A DNA stretch of 64,000 bases from Eledone cirrhosa. Lineage: Eukaryota. Of this stretch, positions 1 through 13,093 are shown piece by piece. Numbering within the stretch: position 1 is the first letter of the stretch; every line of letters begins with the position of its first letter. The stretch covers positions 1,302,001-1,366,000 of the forward strand of contig OZ024757.1 in assembly GCA_964016885.1 (NCBI GenBank), in the 5' to 3' direction. The notes beneath the pieces were generated by a model. The model searched no databases. It worked only from the letters and a program-made list of their open reading frames with translations, and had not been told where the DNA came from. Position numbers and translations under genes: made by a program.

Positions 1-79
1 CGACTCGGATTTCCCGCATCCTAGTTCGCGTGGGACGCCCCTCATCGCCCCCAGTTTGTGCAGTAACGGCTCGAGAGCC

Positions 80-80
<1 letters not shown>

Positions 81-147
<67 letters not shown>

Positions 148-148
148 T
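81..148 (+). repeat. (TAA)n microsatellite, possibly the tail or target of a non-LTR element whose 3' end occupies 1-80
   Basis: Pure (taa)n run directly after a GC-rich 80-bp segment. The assignment to a LINE end is inference. Confidence 0.7.
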
Positions 149-559
149 GTTTCTACTTTTGGCACAAGACCAGCAATTACCCAAATAATAATATTACGTA
201 TGTAGGGTGTGTGTATATGTGTACTTTGTGTTTTGTTTGACGTACGTCCGGGAACATATGTGTATTTACATGTAGGTATGTGTGTGCGCGCGTTATATAC
301 GTATTTATGTGTGTATATATACGTTTATTTAATTATGTATACACGCACACACACACATATATATATATATTTTTTTATATATATTTTATGTGTATTTGGT
401 GTATACATTCGTATGTGTGCGGGTACAGGCGTTGCGTGGGTTCTGTATGTGCGTGCGGGGTTTGTTTGTTTTTTGTTACGTGCTTGTATTTGCATACCCA
501 TGGCGTGTGTTTTCGCGTATGCTTGTGTATGTACGTATTTGGATGCGTGTATGTATATA

Positions 560-1058
560 TTTAGTTTCAATTACCTCTGTATTTTATTTACTTTATTCTT
601 AACTATGAAGCCGAGAATCATTCAGTTTCCTAAATAGAATTTTAGTCTACGACTTTAGTTATACCATTTACGTGGTTTTGTCTTTGCGTGTAATTGTTCT
701 CAGCGATCCACATAATGACGTATTATTTTCGTTTTTTTTTCATTCATTGCCAGAGAACGTCTCCATGAACCACCTAATAGAATATTAGTCTACGACTTCA
801 TTTATACCATAAATGTCGTTTTGTCTTTGCGTGTAATTGTTTTCACCGCACCAAATAATGACGTATTATCTTCGTTTTTTTCCGTTCTTTGCCAGGGAAC
901 GTCTCCACGAACCAAAGTATCGTCTTCCTGTCTTCCTTCGGTGGCAACGTTTTTTGAAATATTTACTTCTGCGTTCACAGATTGACTTTTTTAGTTTCAG
1001 AAGATCCCGTTAAGGGTGAAAGCAGCGATTCTTTGCTTAAACTTTAATCTGTTATTTT
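560..1058 (-). mobile_element. Dispersed non-coding repeat, with other copies at 22510-22720 and 44810-45060 and an internal ~143-bp tandem duplication
   Basis: The reverse complement of ~600-985 (aatctgtgaacgcagaagtaaatatttc...gaagacgatactttggttcgtg...gactaatattctatt) aligns by eye to 44811-45060. 997-1057 matches 22510-22575 inverted. 633-775 is duplicated at 776-915. Confidence 0.75.
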
Positions 1059-1070
1059 TATAAATATATA

Positions 1071-2490
<1,420 letters not shown>

Positions 2491-2610
2491 CTTGTCTTGT
2501 ATCTTATACGTATTGAGTACACTGTCCTCTTTGCTACTGGTTTATAATTATCACAACTAATCTCTTATCTCTCCTTCTTGGTTCGTTTGTACACTTACAT
2601 TTGTACTCTT

Positions 2611-2673
<63 letters not shown>

Positions 2674-2679
<6 letters not shown>

Positions 2680-2767
2680 CAGACGTAAAATAAGAAAATT
2701 ATAAAAATTAACTTACTTACTAAAGTAAGTTAATTTTTATAATTTTCTTATTTTACGTCTCTCATAT
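2674..2767. repeat. Short fold-back hairpin next to (TA)n
   Basis: agacgtaaaataagaaaattataaaaattaacttactt pairs with aagtaagttaatttttataattttcttattttacgtct. Confidence 0.9.
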
Positions 2768-2876
2768 TATTGTTCTGCATCCCCATGCATTGAACCACAA
2801 AGTTACTAAGACAAAACCTATATATTTGCTGGGATAGGTATGCATCTGTATATATATGTTAGTAAATATACTAATT

Positions 2877-2952
<76 letters not shown>

Positions 2953-3432
2953 TATTCGATTTGTGATGTTTTTACATTCTTGCAAAAATATACACAACTG
3001 AATTTATTCGCCTGATATAGGGGCTGCCTCCCTTGCGGATCCCCATGTGGAGTCAGCAATAGTCAGTCCTTGTATTAACATTGAACTAAAACCTGTTGAG
3101 AAAGTGGCTTCCTCGTTCAATCATCTTACCAGAAGCCTGACATTATTTATGTAAGCGGACGGTACTTGATTTAGGAGCCGCAGAAACCCAAATACTGGAT
3201 TTTAACAACCTTCCAGGGATCCGGGTAAATTTTCAATACCCAAATTACTTGATCGTTTTTTTGGGGGGTATGCGAATGATTGTTTAACCATCGTCTCAGT
3301 GTGTTTGGCCTTTAACGTTTGTTATAGCTCTGGTTCATCTGAATCATTGAGCACTTGCCTCATATCTCGGAGGTTGTTTTTCCTTATTTCGTGGGCCGAA
3401 ATGCGAATCTCGATAATTTGTGTGTGTGTGTG

Positions 3433-3555
<123 letters not shown>

Positions 3556-3557
3556 GT

Positions 3558-3893
3558 GGAGGCACATTGCTTAGTGGTTAGAGCATTGGCCTTGCAATCG
3601 AAAGGTTGTGAGTTCAATTCTTAGACCGGGTGATGTGTTTTTTCCTTGAGCAAGACACTTTATTTCGCATTACTCCAGTTTACTCAGCTGTAGAAATGAG
3701 ATGAAAGGGAGTGGGGTCCCTAACATTCCACTGCAAAGTGGTCGTGGAGGTTCCACGGCAAAAAAGCACCCACCACTCACTTTAAATGAGGTTGGTGTTA
3801 GGAAGGGCATCCAGCTGTAGAAATCAAGCCAGAATCAGTTCCTGTCCCACTCTTGCAAGCAGGAAAAAGCGGACGTAAAATGATGATGATGAT
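3558..3893 (+). mobile_element. tRNA-derived SINE (cephalopod-type) with (TGA)n tail
   Basis: Pol III A-box-like tgcttagtggttagagc and B-box-like gagttcaattc. Central ccttgagcaagacactt...actcagctgtagaaatgag core, 3' ggtgttaggaagggcatccagctgtagaaa, and tail tgatgatgatgat. Confidence 0.8.
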
Positions 3894-4025
3894 ATTTAAT
3901 ATAGAAATGGCTTCTACAGGACTAGAACTCTTTCATTCGGAAGAAATCATCAGGAAAGCTTTCATGGTGATTTCTCCCGAATAAAACAGTTCCAGTCCTG
4001 TAGAAGCCATTTCTATGTTAAACAT
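3892..4025. repeat. Imperfect ~134-bp palindrome centred on AAGCTT (3956-3961)
   Basis: atagaaatggcttctacaggact pairs with agtcctgtagaagccatttctat. Confidence 0.9.
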
Positions 4026-4047
4026 TATATACTCTGCTATGTATTGA

Positions 4048-4120
<73 letters not shown>

Positions 4121-4125
<5 letters not shown>

Positions 4126-4420
4126 TAAAATATATGATAAACACAAAACGTGTTTGCATTGTAACAGACAAAGTTAGCTAATTCGTCCAGGAATCACGGC
4201 CTTTGCCAATATAAGCTTGTCTTTATTGACTTATATCGAGACAGACAAATTGTATTCACTTTAATTAGTTTATTTCATTAATAGCTAACTTTGTCTGTTA
4301 CAATGCAAACACGTTTTGTGTTTATCATATATTTTAATGTATTTAACTGCTCGGAAATGCCCCTTTTCTTGGAGCTGAATTATTGTAAACGACTGAGAGT
4401 TTATTCTCAAAATATAATAT
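4121..4420. mobile_element. Small fold-back element with 60-bp inverted arms (4121-4180 and 4282-4341), same family as 10335-10555
   Basis: tacattaaaatatatgataaacacaaaacgtgtttgcattgtaacagacaaagttagcta is inverted at 4282-4341. The tail gctcggaaat...gagct...attgtaaa.gactg matches the reverse complement of 10340-10405. Confidence 0.75.
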
Positions 4421-4436
4421 AGTATATATATATATT

Positions 4437-4557
<121 letters not shown>

Positions 4558-4694
4558 TAGAAAGTGAGGTTTTTTTTACAAAATGAAAAATAACCGAGGT
4601 GTCCTACACGAGTGAAAGTATAAAGAAAAAGAGATGAAATCGAAAATGCAACTGGAGTCTTATTTTTTTTTTAAATATATATATTTATTTGGTT

Positions 4695-4732
4695 CCTTTA
4701 CCGGTTTCGCAGTTCTTCTGCTTTTCAAAAGG
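4695..4732 (-). ncRNA. Minimal type I hammerhead ribozyme motif (U3-A8 variant) in the PLE pseudo-LTR
   Basis: Minus strand reads cctt-TTGAAAA-gcag aagaa ctgc-GAAA-ccgg-TA-aagg: stem I cctt/aagg, stem II gcag/ctgc, palindromic stem III. Confidence 0.7.
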
Positions 4733-5122
4733 TGAGTTGAGATGGAGGGTCTGTGGTTTTTCTCACATCTGGTTGGTCTCTGAATGTTACTTGTTTTATA
4801 TGGAAAAAGTGGCTCGAAATGCCAGGTTTTTCGAGAAGTAATTTGATTGGTTTGTCAATAATTATAATAAATTTCACGCCAGTTCGCGTTACAATAGTTC
4901 TTCAAATAAGAGGGGGGGGGGGTGTCACAGGTTGTTTTTTCATATATGAGTGTTTGAATTTCTTTTTACTTGAAAAAAGGAGGCTCACGAAGGCTTTTTT
5001 TGGTTGGTTATAAATGAAATTATTGCTGTCACGTGAACAAATTTTCATTAAATTTTTGTGCCCTTATTTGGAAATCCATTCTGTAGCCTTTTTAGAGAAT
5101 TTTTTGATAAGTGAAAGATAAT

Positions 5123-5190
5123 TGTTTCTACTTTAGGCACAAGGCCAGCAATTACCCAGTGCATTACTGGTACTTTATTTTATCGACCCC
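5123..5190 (-). mobile_element. Short SINE 3' fragment inserted in the PLE 3' UTR with a 12-bp target-site duplication
   Basis: Flanked by gtgaaagataat at 5111-5122 and 5191-5202. The uninterrupted site is visible in the duplicate UTR block at ~5530-5560. A similar fragment sits at ~148-182. Confidence 0.75.
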
Positions 5191-5673
5191 GTGAAAGATA
5201 ATGGTCAAGAGAAAGGGATGGGAGAATTGTTCTGGTTCAGTGAATATGGTTAGTTCGCTGGGGTGTCAGAATTCAGATTTTCTATTGAATAAAGAAAGTA
5301 AAGATATGTGTGTTTATTTGTGTGCTTGTGTGTGTGTGTGCATGTGCGTGTGTGTGTGTGTGTGTGTTTGAATTTCTTTACTTTAAAAAAGGGTGGCTCA
5401 CGAAGGCTTTTTTTTAATAAACGTGATTTGATTGGTTATAAATGAAATTTGGCTGTCACGTGAACAAGTTTTCATTACATTTTTGCGCCCTTATTTGGAA
5501 AACTATTCTGTAGTCTTTATAGCGAATGTTATGACAATGGAAAGATAGTGGTCAAGAGAAATGGGATTGGGAGAATTGTTCTGGTTCAGTGAATATGGTT
5601 AGTTCGCTGGGTGTCAGAGTTCAGATTTGCTATTGAAGTGAAGATATGTATGTTTATTTGTGTGCTTGTGTGT

Positions 5674-5751
<78 letters not shown>

Positions 5752-6224
5752 TGGAAGATGATTCTATTAGTAGAAATGGGGGAGGGAGTTGTGTGTGTGT
5801 GTATATGGGTGTTATGTGTGTGTGTGCGAGTATGTTAAGATGGAGAGAATATATATTTTGTGTGTGTGTATATATATGTGTGTAGGAAAGTGGTTCTATT
5901 AGTAGAAATGGGGAGGGAGTTGTGGGTGTGGGGGTTGTTATGTGTGTGTATGGGTGTTATGTGTGTGGGAGTATGGTTAGCATGTTAAGATGAAGAGAAT
6001 ATATATATATATATATATTGTGTGTATGTGTGTGTGTGTGTAGGAAAGTGATTCCTTTAGTAGGAATATTTTTGATATACTTATTCGTGTTTGCTGTTGT
6101 ATTGTCAGTGCAAACGTATGTTAAGGTTTATTTAGTTCGGGTTTTTATTTTCTAAAGTAGAAGGTGTTATGTGTGTGTGTGTCTGTCATATTATGGTGTT
6201 GACATAATGTATATTAAACCATAT

Positions 6225-7563
6225 TTAATGTTGGTCTATATTTTTGAATAAACATATTTTCCTTATTTATTCGCATTTGTTCTGTTGTATTGTTAGTGCA
6301 AAGGTAAAATGGGAAGATTTGGAATTTGGGTGTCTTATTACTTGCACAAATGTCTAGATGTGCACTTAGATCTGTCTCGTGGTTGGATCTCGTAATTGTT
6401 GGCGATGAACTGTCATTCTGTTTCTGAGTGTGAGTTTAGTTTGTCCTATATAATCTTCATTGCATCCTTTACATTTAATGGCATAAATTAGATTTTTTGA
6501 TGAGCATGTGAAGTGATTTTTTACAGTAAAATTTTGTCCTGATTTAAATGTATACGTGTTGCCTTCAATGAGGTGAGTGCAGGTTCCACAATTAGAGCGA
6601 CCACATTTTTTGATACTTGGTTGTGGGTTTGTGGTAGGTAATTTGGCATTGGTGAGTAATGTTTTCAGTGATTTTTGGTTGTCTTTTGCTTTTGATTATT
6701 TTGTGTGTTTCAAGGGCTTTTTTCATTCTTGGGTTTTGTTTTAGTAGTGGCATGTTATTGTGTATAGTGTTGTAAGCTTCCGCATTTCTTGGGTTGTGTG
6801 TTGAGATATATGATAGAATATTGGACGTACCTTGAATTTGTTTCTGTTTCCATAATTCATCAATGCCTATTGCTTTAGCCCTTTCTATTCCATTATTTAT
6901 TAGTAATAGTGGGTACTCTCTCTCGAGTAGAATTTCCTTTAATTCTTGAAGTCTTTTATTTCGCGTTTCATAATTGGAGACAATTGTGCAAATTCTTCTT
7001 GCTAGGTTAAAAGGAATGTTCGTCTTCGTGTGATTTGGATGGTTGGAGGTGAATAGCAGATATTGTTTGGAATCTGTTGGTTTGTAGTGTATGTCAGTTT
7101 CGATATTTGTGTCTTTTTTTAAGATTAAGATGTCCAGAAATGGGAGTTGATCTTGGCTGTATTCCATTGTGAATTGGATGTGGTTATTGATGCCGTTTAT
7201 TAAGTTTTTGAAATCCTTCAGTTGGTCGAGTGTGTGGGACCAAAGAATGAGGCAATCATCCAAGTAGCGTTTCCAATTCTCTGATAAATATTTGTGGAAG
7301 TTCAATCCGTATTTTGATTTGGACTGTTCATATATCTGGACTTCTAAGTATGCCATGACTAAGTTGGCATAAGTTGGAGCGGCTTTTGTACCCATCGCAG
7401 TCCCCGATATTTGCTTGTATGTATTGCCATCGAAATCAAAAAAGTTGTTCTGTAGGATGAATTTTAATCCCTCGGTGATGAAGCTTTTTTCTATTCTGTC
7501 AGGTATCTCATTGGGATATTTCTCTAGCCAGAATCCTATTGCTTCTAGTCCGTATTGGTGTGG
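6225..7563 (-). pseudogene. PLE reverse transcriptase C-terminal half plus Cys linker and GIY-YIG endonuclease (frameshifted near 6600-6680)
   Basis: Translation gives YKQISGTAMGTKAAPTYANL, WKRYLDD, LPFLDI, YKPTDSKQYL..SNHP. In a shifted frame it gives KCGRSNCGTCTHL...NLIYAIKCKGCNEDYIGQT...RMTVHRQ. Confidence 0.9.
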
Positions 7564-7716
7564 GAACTGGCGCGAAATTTATTATAATTATTGACAAACC
7601 AATCAAATTACTTCTCGAAAAACCTGGCATTTCGAGCCACTTTTTCCATATAAAACAAGTAACATTCAGAGACCAACCAGATGTGAGAAAAACCACAGAC
7701 CCTCCATCTCAACTCA

Positions 7717-7754
7717 CCTTTTGAAAAGCAGAAGAACTGCGAAACCGGTAAAGG
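7717..7754 (+). ncRNA. Second, inverted copy of the same hammerhead motif
   Basis: ccttttgaaaagcagaagaactgcgaaaccggtaaagg is the exact reverse complement of 4695-4732. Confidence 0.7.
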
Positions 7755-7851
7755 AACCAAATAAATATATATATTTTAAAAAAAAATAAGACTCCAGTTG
7801 CATTTTCGATTTCATCTCTTTTTTTCTCTCTCTCTCTCTCTATATATATAT

Positions 7852-7970
7852 ATAGGAACGAGTAGGACCACGACGGCTGAGCTCAAACCGTTTCGACGGC
7901 TAATTCTGAGTCCAGAATTAGCCGTCGAAACGGCTTGAGCTCAGCCGTCGGGGGTCCTACTCGTTCCTAT
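7852..7970. repeat. GC-rich ~119-bp fold-back hairpin followed by a short unique tail to (TA)n
   Basis: ataggaacgagtaggacc.cgacggctgagctcaa.ccgtttcgacggctaattctg pairs with cagaattagccgtcgaaacgg.ttgagctcagccgtcg.ggtcctactcgttcctat. Confidence 0.9.
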
Positions 7971-8046
7971 TACCCACTCTACTACCCTAAGTATTGAGTA
8001 CTTTGGTGCGTTATGGTCCACCTGGTTCCTTACCACATTTCCTTCG

Positions 8047-8137
<91 letters not shown>

Positions 8138-8140
<3 letters not shown>

Positions 8141-9241
8141 TATATCATTATCTATAAAAGGCAGACTGTTGTTGTGTGTGTGTGTGCATGTTCCATGTTT
8201 ATACATTTGCACAATTTCAAACCGATTCGACTCAACGTCTGTAAGAATGTTGTAAATGGTCTAACTTAGATCAACGACTATTTATTTCATTCAAAGTCAT
8301 TCACAATTACGGAAATAATCGATAAAACTAATTACATGACGCTTTACCCCTCTAATACACTCTGATTTACTCCCCTTAAAATTCGATAAAACTACATACA
8401 TGCTTACAAACTTCCTTTAGGAACGCCGAAGAGAGAGAGAAGAGAGTGAGAGGGAGAGAAAGAGATCGTTTGTTTTTTAGTGTGGAACGGTCAAACATTT
8501 ATTTACTTCAATGACAAAGAGAACTTATTATATTTCATACGAAACAACAATTATTCAAAAGCAACAGATAAATTTATTCAACAACAAAAAAAAAGCGATA
8601 AATCTTCTTTAAAACCTCTCAACGAACGTGGAAGAAAGAAGTATCAGTTTATTTACTATACACAATAATATCCTCCATGAGGTCCCTAAACCTGCTAGAA
8701 ACAGAAGCTAACTCTCCCCCATATCACACCACTCCCTACTGTCTTAAATTTAGAAAACATATCCTCTATGAGGTCACTAAACCTGATAGAAACAGCAGCT
8801 AACTCTCCCCCATATAACACCACTCCATACTGTCTTAAATTAAGAAAACACATATCCTTTATGAGGTCACTAAACCTGCTAGAAACAGATCCTAACTCTC
8901 CCCCATGTCACACCCCTCCCTACTGTCTTAAATTTAGAAAACACACATTAGACAACCATGCAGAACAACTCCATCGCAGTTCTGTTGTTCGGCTGGCATC
9001 GTCTACGGGCGTGTTGCGCAAGTACTGTGAAACAATACATTTCAACACTTCTTTGCACAGAGATAATATCCATAGGCGAAACTACAATTGTCACTGCTGG
9101 CGCAGCTCCTGCTTCGGCAGTTCAGGTCTGTAATTCATTCACCCAGTGCCTGGCAGTCAAAAAAGTGCTGCCATAAAATGGGTGGTGCAACCTAACTTTG
9201 GTAACTTACTGACCCCGAGCAACGCCGGGCTTTAATGCTAG
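8138..9241 (+). mobile_element. Non-autonomous Helitron
   Basis: 3' end ccccgagcaacgccgggc-tttaatg-CTAG followed by T. 5' TC start after (TA)n is approximate. Internal cgataaaacta..tacatg and tattcaaaagcaacagat blocks are shared with 16320-16730. Confidence 0.7.
8668..8948 (+). repeat. Three tandem ~92-bp copies resembling a SINE 3' tail, inside the Helitron
   Basis: atgaggtc.ctaaacctg.tagaaacag...ctaactctccccc...tactgtcttaaatt starts at 8677, 8768 and 8861. Confidence 0.85.
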
Positions 9242-9289
9242 TATACTATATATATATATATATATACTATATATATATATATATATATA

Positions 9290-9417
<128 letters not shown>

Positions 9418-9428
9418 CTATATATATA

Positions 9429-9509
<81 letters not shown>

Positions 9510-9630
9510 TATATATATATATATATATATATAGTATATATATATATAGTGAAAATGGAACGGTAACAAAACAGAGAGGCAGTACAAACAAAGGTTTAAT
9601 AGTTTCACGCTCTTGAGAGTGAGGGGGAAC

Positions 9631-9659
9631 GACGTTTCGGGCATAAGCCCTTCTTCAGG
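9631..9659 (-). ncRNA. Hammerhead-like core in a probable PLE 3' UTR fragment (~9550-10190)
   Basis: Minus strand reads c-CTGAAGA-a-gggc ttat gccc-GAAA-cg-TC. Stem II is clean but stem I is almost absent. Confidence 0.5.
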
Positions 9660-10190
9660 AGAAAAGTGGATGGGAAGAGAGTTCCGAGGGTGTGTGGGGG
9701 AGTGCTGGAGAGACATTTAGAAAAAGGGCGGGGAGAGGAAAGGGAGGAAAAACGGTGGAAGGGATACAAATAAAAATTAAAATAAACATGAAGATAAACA
9801 AGTGGTGGAAGTGTAGGGGTGGTGGCGGGTGGAGTGGGGGAGGGAGGCGGGGTGTCCGAGCGGGGAGGGCTGATGGTAGTGTTTGTGTATGTGTGTAGGT
9901 GTACGTGTGTGTGTGTGTGTGTATGTGAATGTGAGAGTTTGGGGAAGAACGAGGTTCCATGTTCAGGAAAAGGTGTGTGTGTGGGGTGGGGTGTAGATCG
10001 GTGTGTGTGTGTGCATGTGGATGGGGAGGGGGTGAGAGGATTCCGGAGGCTGAGTGTGTATATATGTGGGGGTATGCACGTGTGTGTTGGTGTTTGTACG
10101 TTTTGTGGATGTAGGTGGCATGGTTCTAAAATAAATTGTGAGTGTATGTCCGCGTAGTTCCGTAGAGGGTGTGAAGAGATGTCGGTTATT

Positions 10191-10333
<143 letters not shown>

Positions 10334-10407
10334 TATTAATAATGAGTTCAAACCTCAGGCAGTCCTTTACAATGAAATAGCTCAAAGAAATATTTCCGAG
10401 CCGTGTA

Positions 10408-10555
10408 ATACAAGTTAATATAAATTAATATATTTGATAAACACAAATACCAACATATCCGTGTTTGTATTGTAAACGACTAGTCGTTTACAATACAAAC
10501 ACGGATATGTTGGTATTTGTGTTTATCAAATATATTAATTTATATTAACTTGTAT
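10408..10555. repeat. Perfect spacer-less 148-bp palindrome centred on ACTAGT
   Basis: atacaagttaatataaattaatatatttgataaacacaaataccaacatatccgtgtttgtattgtaaacgact followed by its exact mirror agtcgtttacaatac...aacttgtat. Confidence 0.95.
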
Positions 10556-11204
10556 ATATATATATATATATATATATAAGCAATGAGTTATTTAATTTGT
10601 TGATTATTCAACAAATTTAGTTTATAACAGATTAGAAGCACCCAACAGCTTTTTTCAAGGGTACCGTTGAAATATATATAATAGAATAAATATGGCTTTA
10701 TAAATATACTTTCCATTTATTAATATTATTGATATATATATATATATTTGTATTGCCTTCTCCTCCATTTATTTTTGCTTATATATATACACACACATAT
10801 ATATATCCTTCTACAAGTGCTCAGATTCGTTCACACAGCAACAAAGAATAAACAAAGAAAATCTATTCCTTAACAAATTTAAACCAAAACTAAACGGTTA
10901 TCACCCCAATAGAATTGTCATAAAATATAAACACACATACGCACGGAATCACTACTATTAAAGACCAGAGACCAATTCTGTAGAATCAGGTTTATTCGTT
11001 GACAGACCATGCCTTTGTGTGACCAACACATCCATGTTAAACCCTGCACGTGCACACACATATATCTATATATATATGCGCACACAGAATTCACCACTGT
11101 CGGTTGCGGGGCCCAATCTACATGAAGAACTCAATGTGATCAGAATGACTTGTATTTTAATTTCACTGTCCCAACTTCTTATATTATGGAAAAAATATAT
11201 GTGT

Positions 11205-11461
11205 CTGTATGTATATATATATATATATATATATTTGGAGGCCATTTCTGTGTGTGTGGGTGTATGTATGTGTATATATGTGTGTGTGTGTGTATGTGTG
11301 TGCATGTGGATGTATGTATTGTGTGTGCGTGTGTGTGTGTATCTGGATGTATGCGTATGTGTATATATATATATATATATGCGTGTGTGTGTGTGTGTAT
11401 ATATATATGTGTGTGTGTGTATATATATGTGTGTGTGTGTGTATGTTTGTATGTGTGTATG

Positions 11462-11492
<31 letters not shown>

Positions 11493-11534
11493 ATGTATGT
11501 GTGGGGGTGTGTGTGTGTGTATGTATGTGTGGGG

Positions 11535-11588
<54 letters not shown>

Positions 11589-11631
11589 ATGTATGTGTGT
11601 ATCTGGATGTATGTGTATGTATATATATATA

Positions 11632-11688
<57 letters not shown>

Positions 11689-11743
11689 ATGTGTATATGT
11701 GTGTGTGTGTATGTGTATGTATGTGTGTGTGTATGTATGTGTG

Positions 11744-11777
<34 letters not shown>

Positions 11778-11835
11778 TATATGTATATGTATATGTATGT
11801 ATGTGTGGATGAAGGTATGTGTGTATATATAGGTG
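11205..11835. repeat. Compound (TG)n/(TA)n microsatellite
   Basis: Seen directly. It is the source of several spurious ORFs. Confidence 0.95.
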
Positions 11836-12145
11836 TAAGTGCACTAAATCCCTTTCTATCACGCTCCACTCTTCTACCCACCACAGGAAGATATGTGTAT
11901 GTATATTGCTTCCACCCCCTCACTGACCAGCAGCTGGCCAGTTGGCGATTGCTAAATCTGACCTTTATAAAATAACCCACACCCCAAATAACTTCTCATT
12001 CACTACCAGAAAGGGACACAGCAGTCAACCTGTTGTTGCTACCTAGATGAAAACTGCTATGAAATCCCACAATGAATTTTATACTTGAATTTTCAAATCT
12101 CAAATTTTAACTCTTCGTATTATTAATTTTTCTTAATATTAATCA

Positions 12146-12190
12146 ACATTTGAAAAGATGGCTTTTGCAGACCCATCGAAACCGGTCATT
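12146..12190 (+). ncRNA. Degenerate hammerhead-like motif (U3-A8 core) in a probable PLE 3' end fragment (~11840-12330)
   Basis: TTGAAAA-gatgg cttttgcagac ccatc-GAAA-ccgg-TC. Stem I has only ~2 bp. Confidence 0.5.
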
Positions 12191-12328
12191 TTTTAAACCC
12201 TTTATTATTTCCTTACCTTATAAAATTATGTTTTTTCACAAAAAAGTATTCTGTCTCTTATATATTCCATGTGCCATTACCAACCTCAATTTTCTCTATA
12301 ACCTTCGTTTTGTGTAGAAAATTACACT

Positions 12329-12461
<133 letters not shown>

Positions 12462-12956
12462 CATACATGTATATTGTTATAAGTGATATTTGTATAGAAT
12501 CTTTAGGGAATATATATATTAGAAAAAACAAGGAAGTAAGTTCCGTTTACATACATCATATATATATATGTGTGGTGTGTGTGGTGTGTGGTGTGTTTGT
12601 GTGTGGTGTGTGGTGTGTGTGGTGTGTGTGTGTGTGTGGTGTGTGTTTGTGTGTGGTGTGTGTTGTGTGTGTGGTGTGTAGTGTGTTTGTGTGTGGTGTG
12701 TGTGGTGTGTGTGTGTGGTGTGTGTGTGGTGTGTGTGTGGTGTGGTGTGTGGTGTGTGTGCGGTGTGTGTATGAGGGTTTTGTGTAGTCTTCAGGTCAGG
12801 CTGCCCGTTTCTGCTAGTATAACCTGTTATATAGAGATCGTGTAATCCGGCAGTCCCAGTCCTGCTTGTGTAGGGGTGGAACAGCAGGACACACTGCCCA
12901 ATATACTTGTAAAACCTGTCCAATGTCATGAATTCAGGAGAACCAACAGCCATTCA

Positions 12957-12994
<38 letters not shown>

Positions 12995-13038
12995 AAGTTA
13001 AATAAAAGTCAAATGATTAAAATTTAGCTTCGTTTATT

Positions 13039-13093
13039 ACTGCTATATATATTTCAGTGACAGCCATCTTTGGCTGTGACCTCTTCAGGCAGT
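13039..13093 (-). ncRNA. Type I hammerhead ribozyme motif with canonical core, downstream of the Naiad-type ORF
   Basis: Minus strand reads actgc-CTGAAGA-ggtcacagcc aaagat ggctgtcact-GAAA-tatata-TA-gcagt: 5-bp stem I, ~10-bp stem II with one mismatch, palindromic stem III. Confidence 0.8.

Larger units (their letters stand above)
4558..7825 (-). mobile_element. 5'-truncated Penelope-like retroelement (Neptune-type) with inverted pseudo-LTR at its 5' junction
   Basis: RT and GIY-YIG coding remnant at 6225-7563, long 3' UTR at 4558-6220. 7564-7822 is the reverse complement of ~4628-4886. Flanked by (TA)n. Confidence 0.9.

Noticed and set aside
3558-3635. tRNA gene
   Set aside because: There is no complete cloverleaf, and it continues into a SINE body and tail.
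10900-11060. Possible host exon on the minus strand, and another at 12820-12920
   Set aside because: AG/GT boundaries can be drawn, but the peptides are unrecognisable and there is no other support.
12872-12895. ggggtggaacagc resembling the 32-bp satellite monomer
   Set aside because: The match is only ~11-13 nt, compatible with chance.
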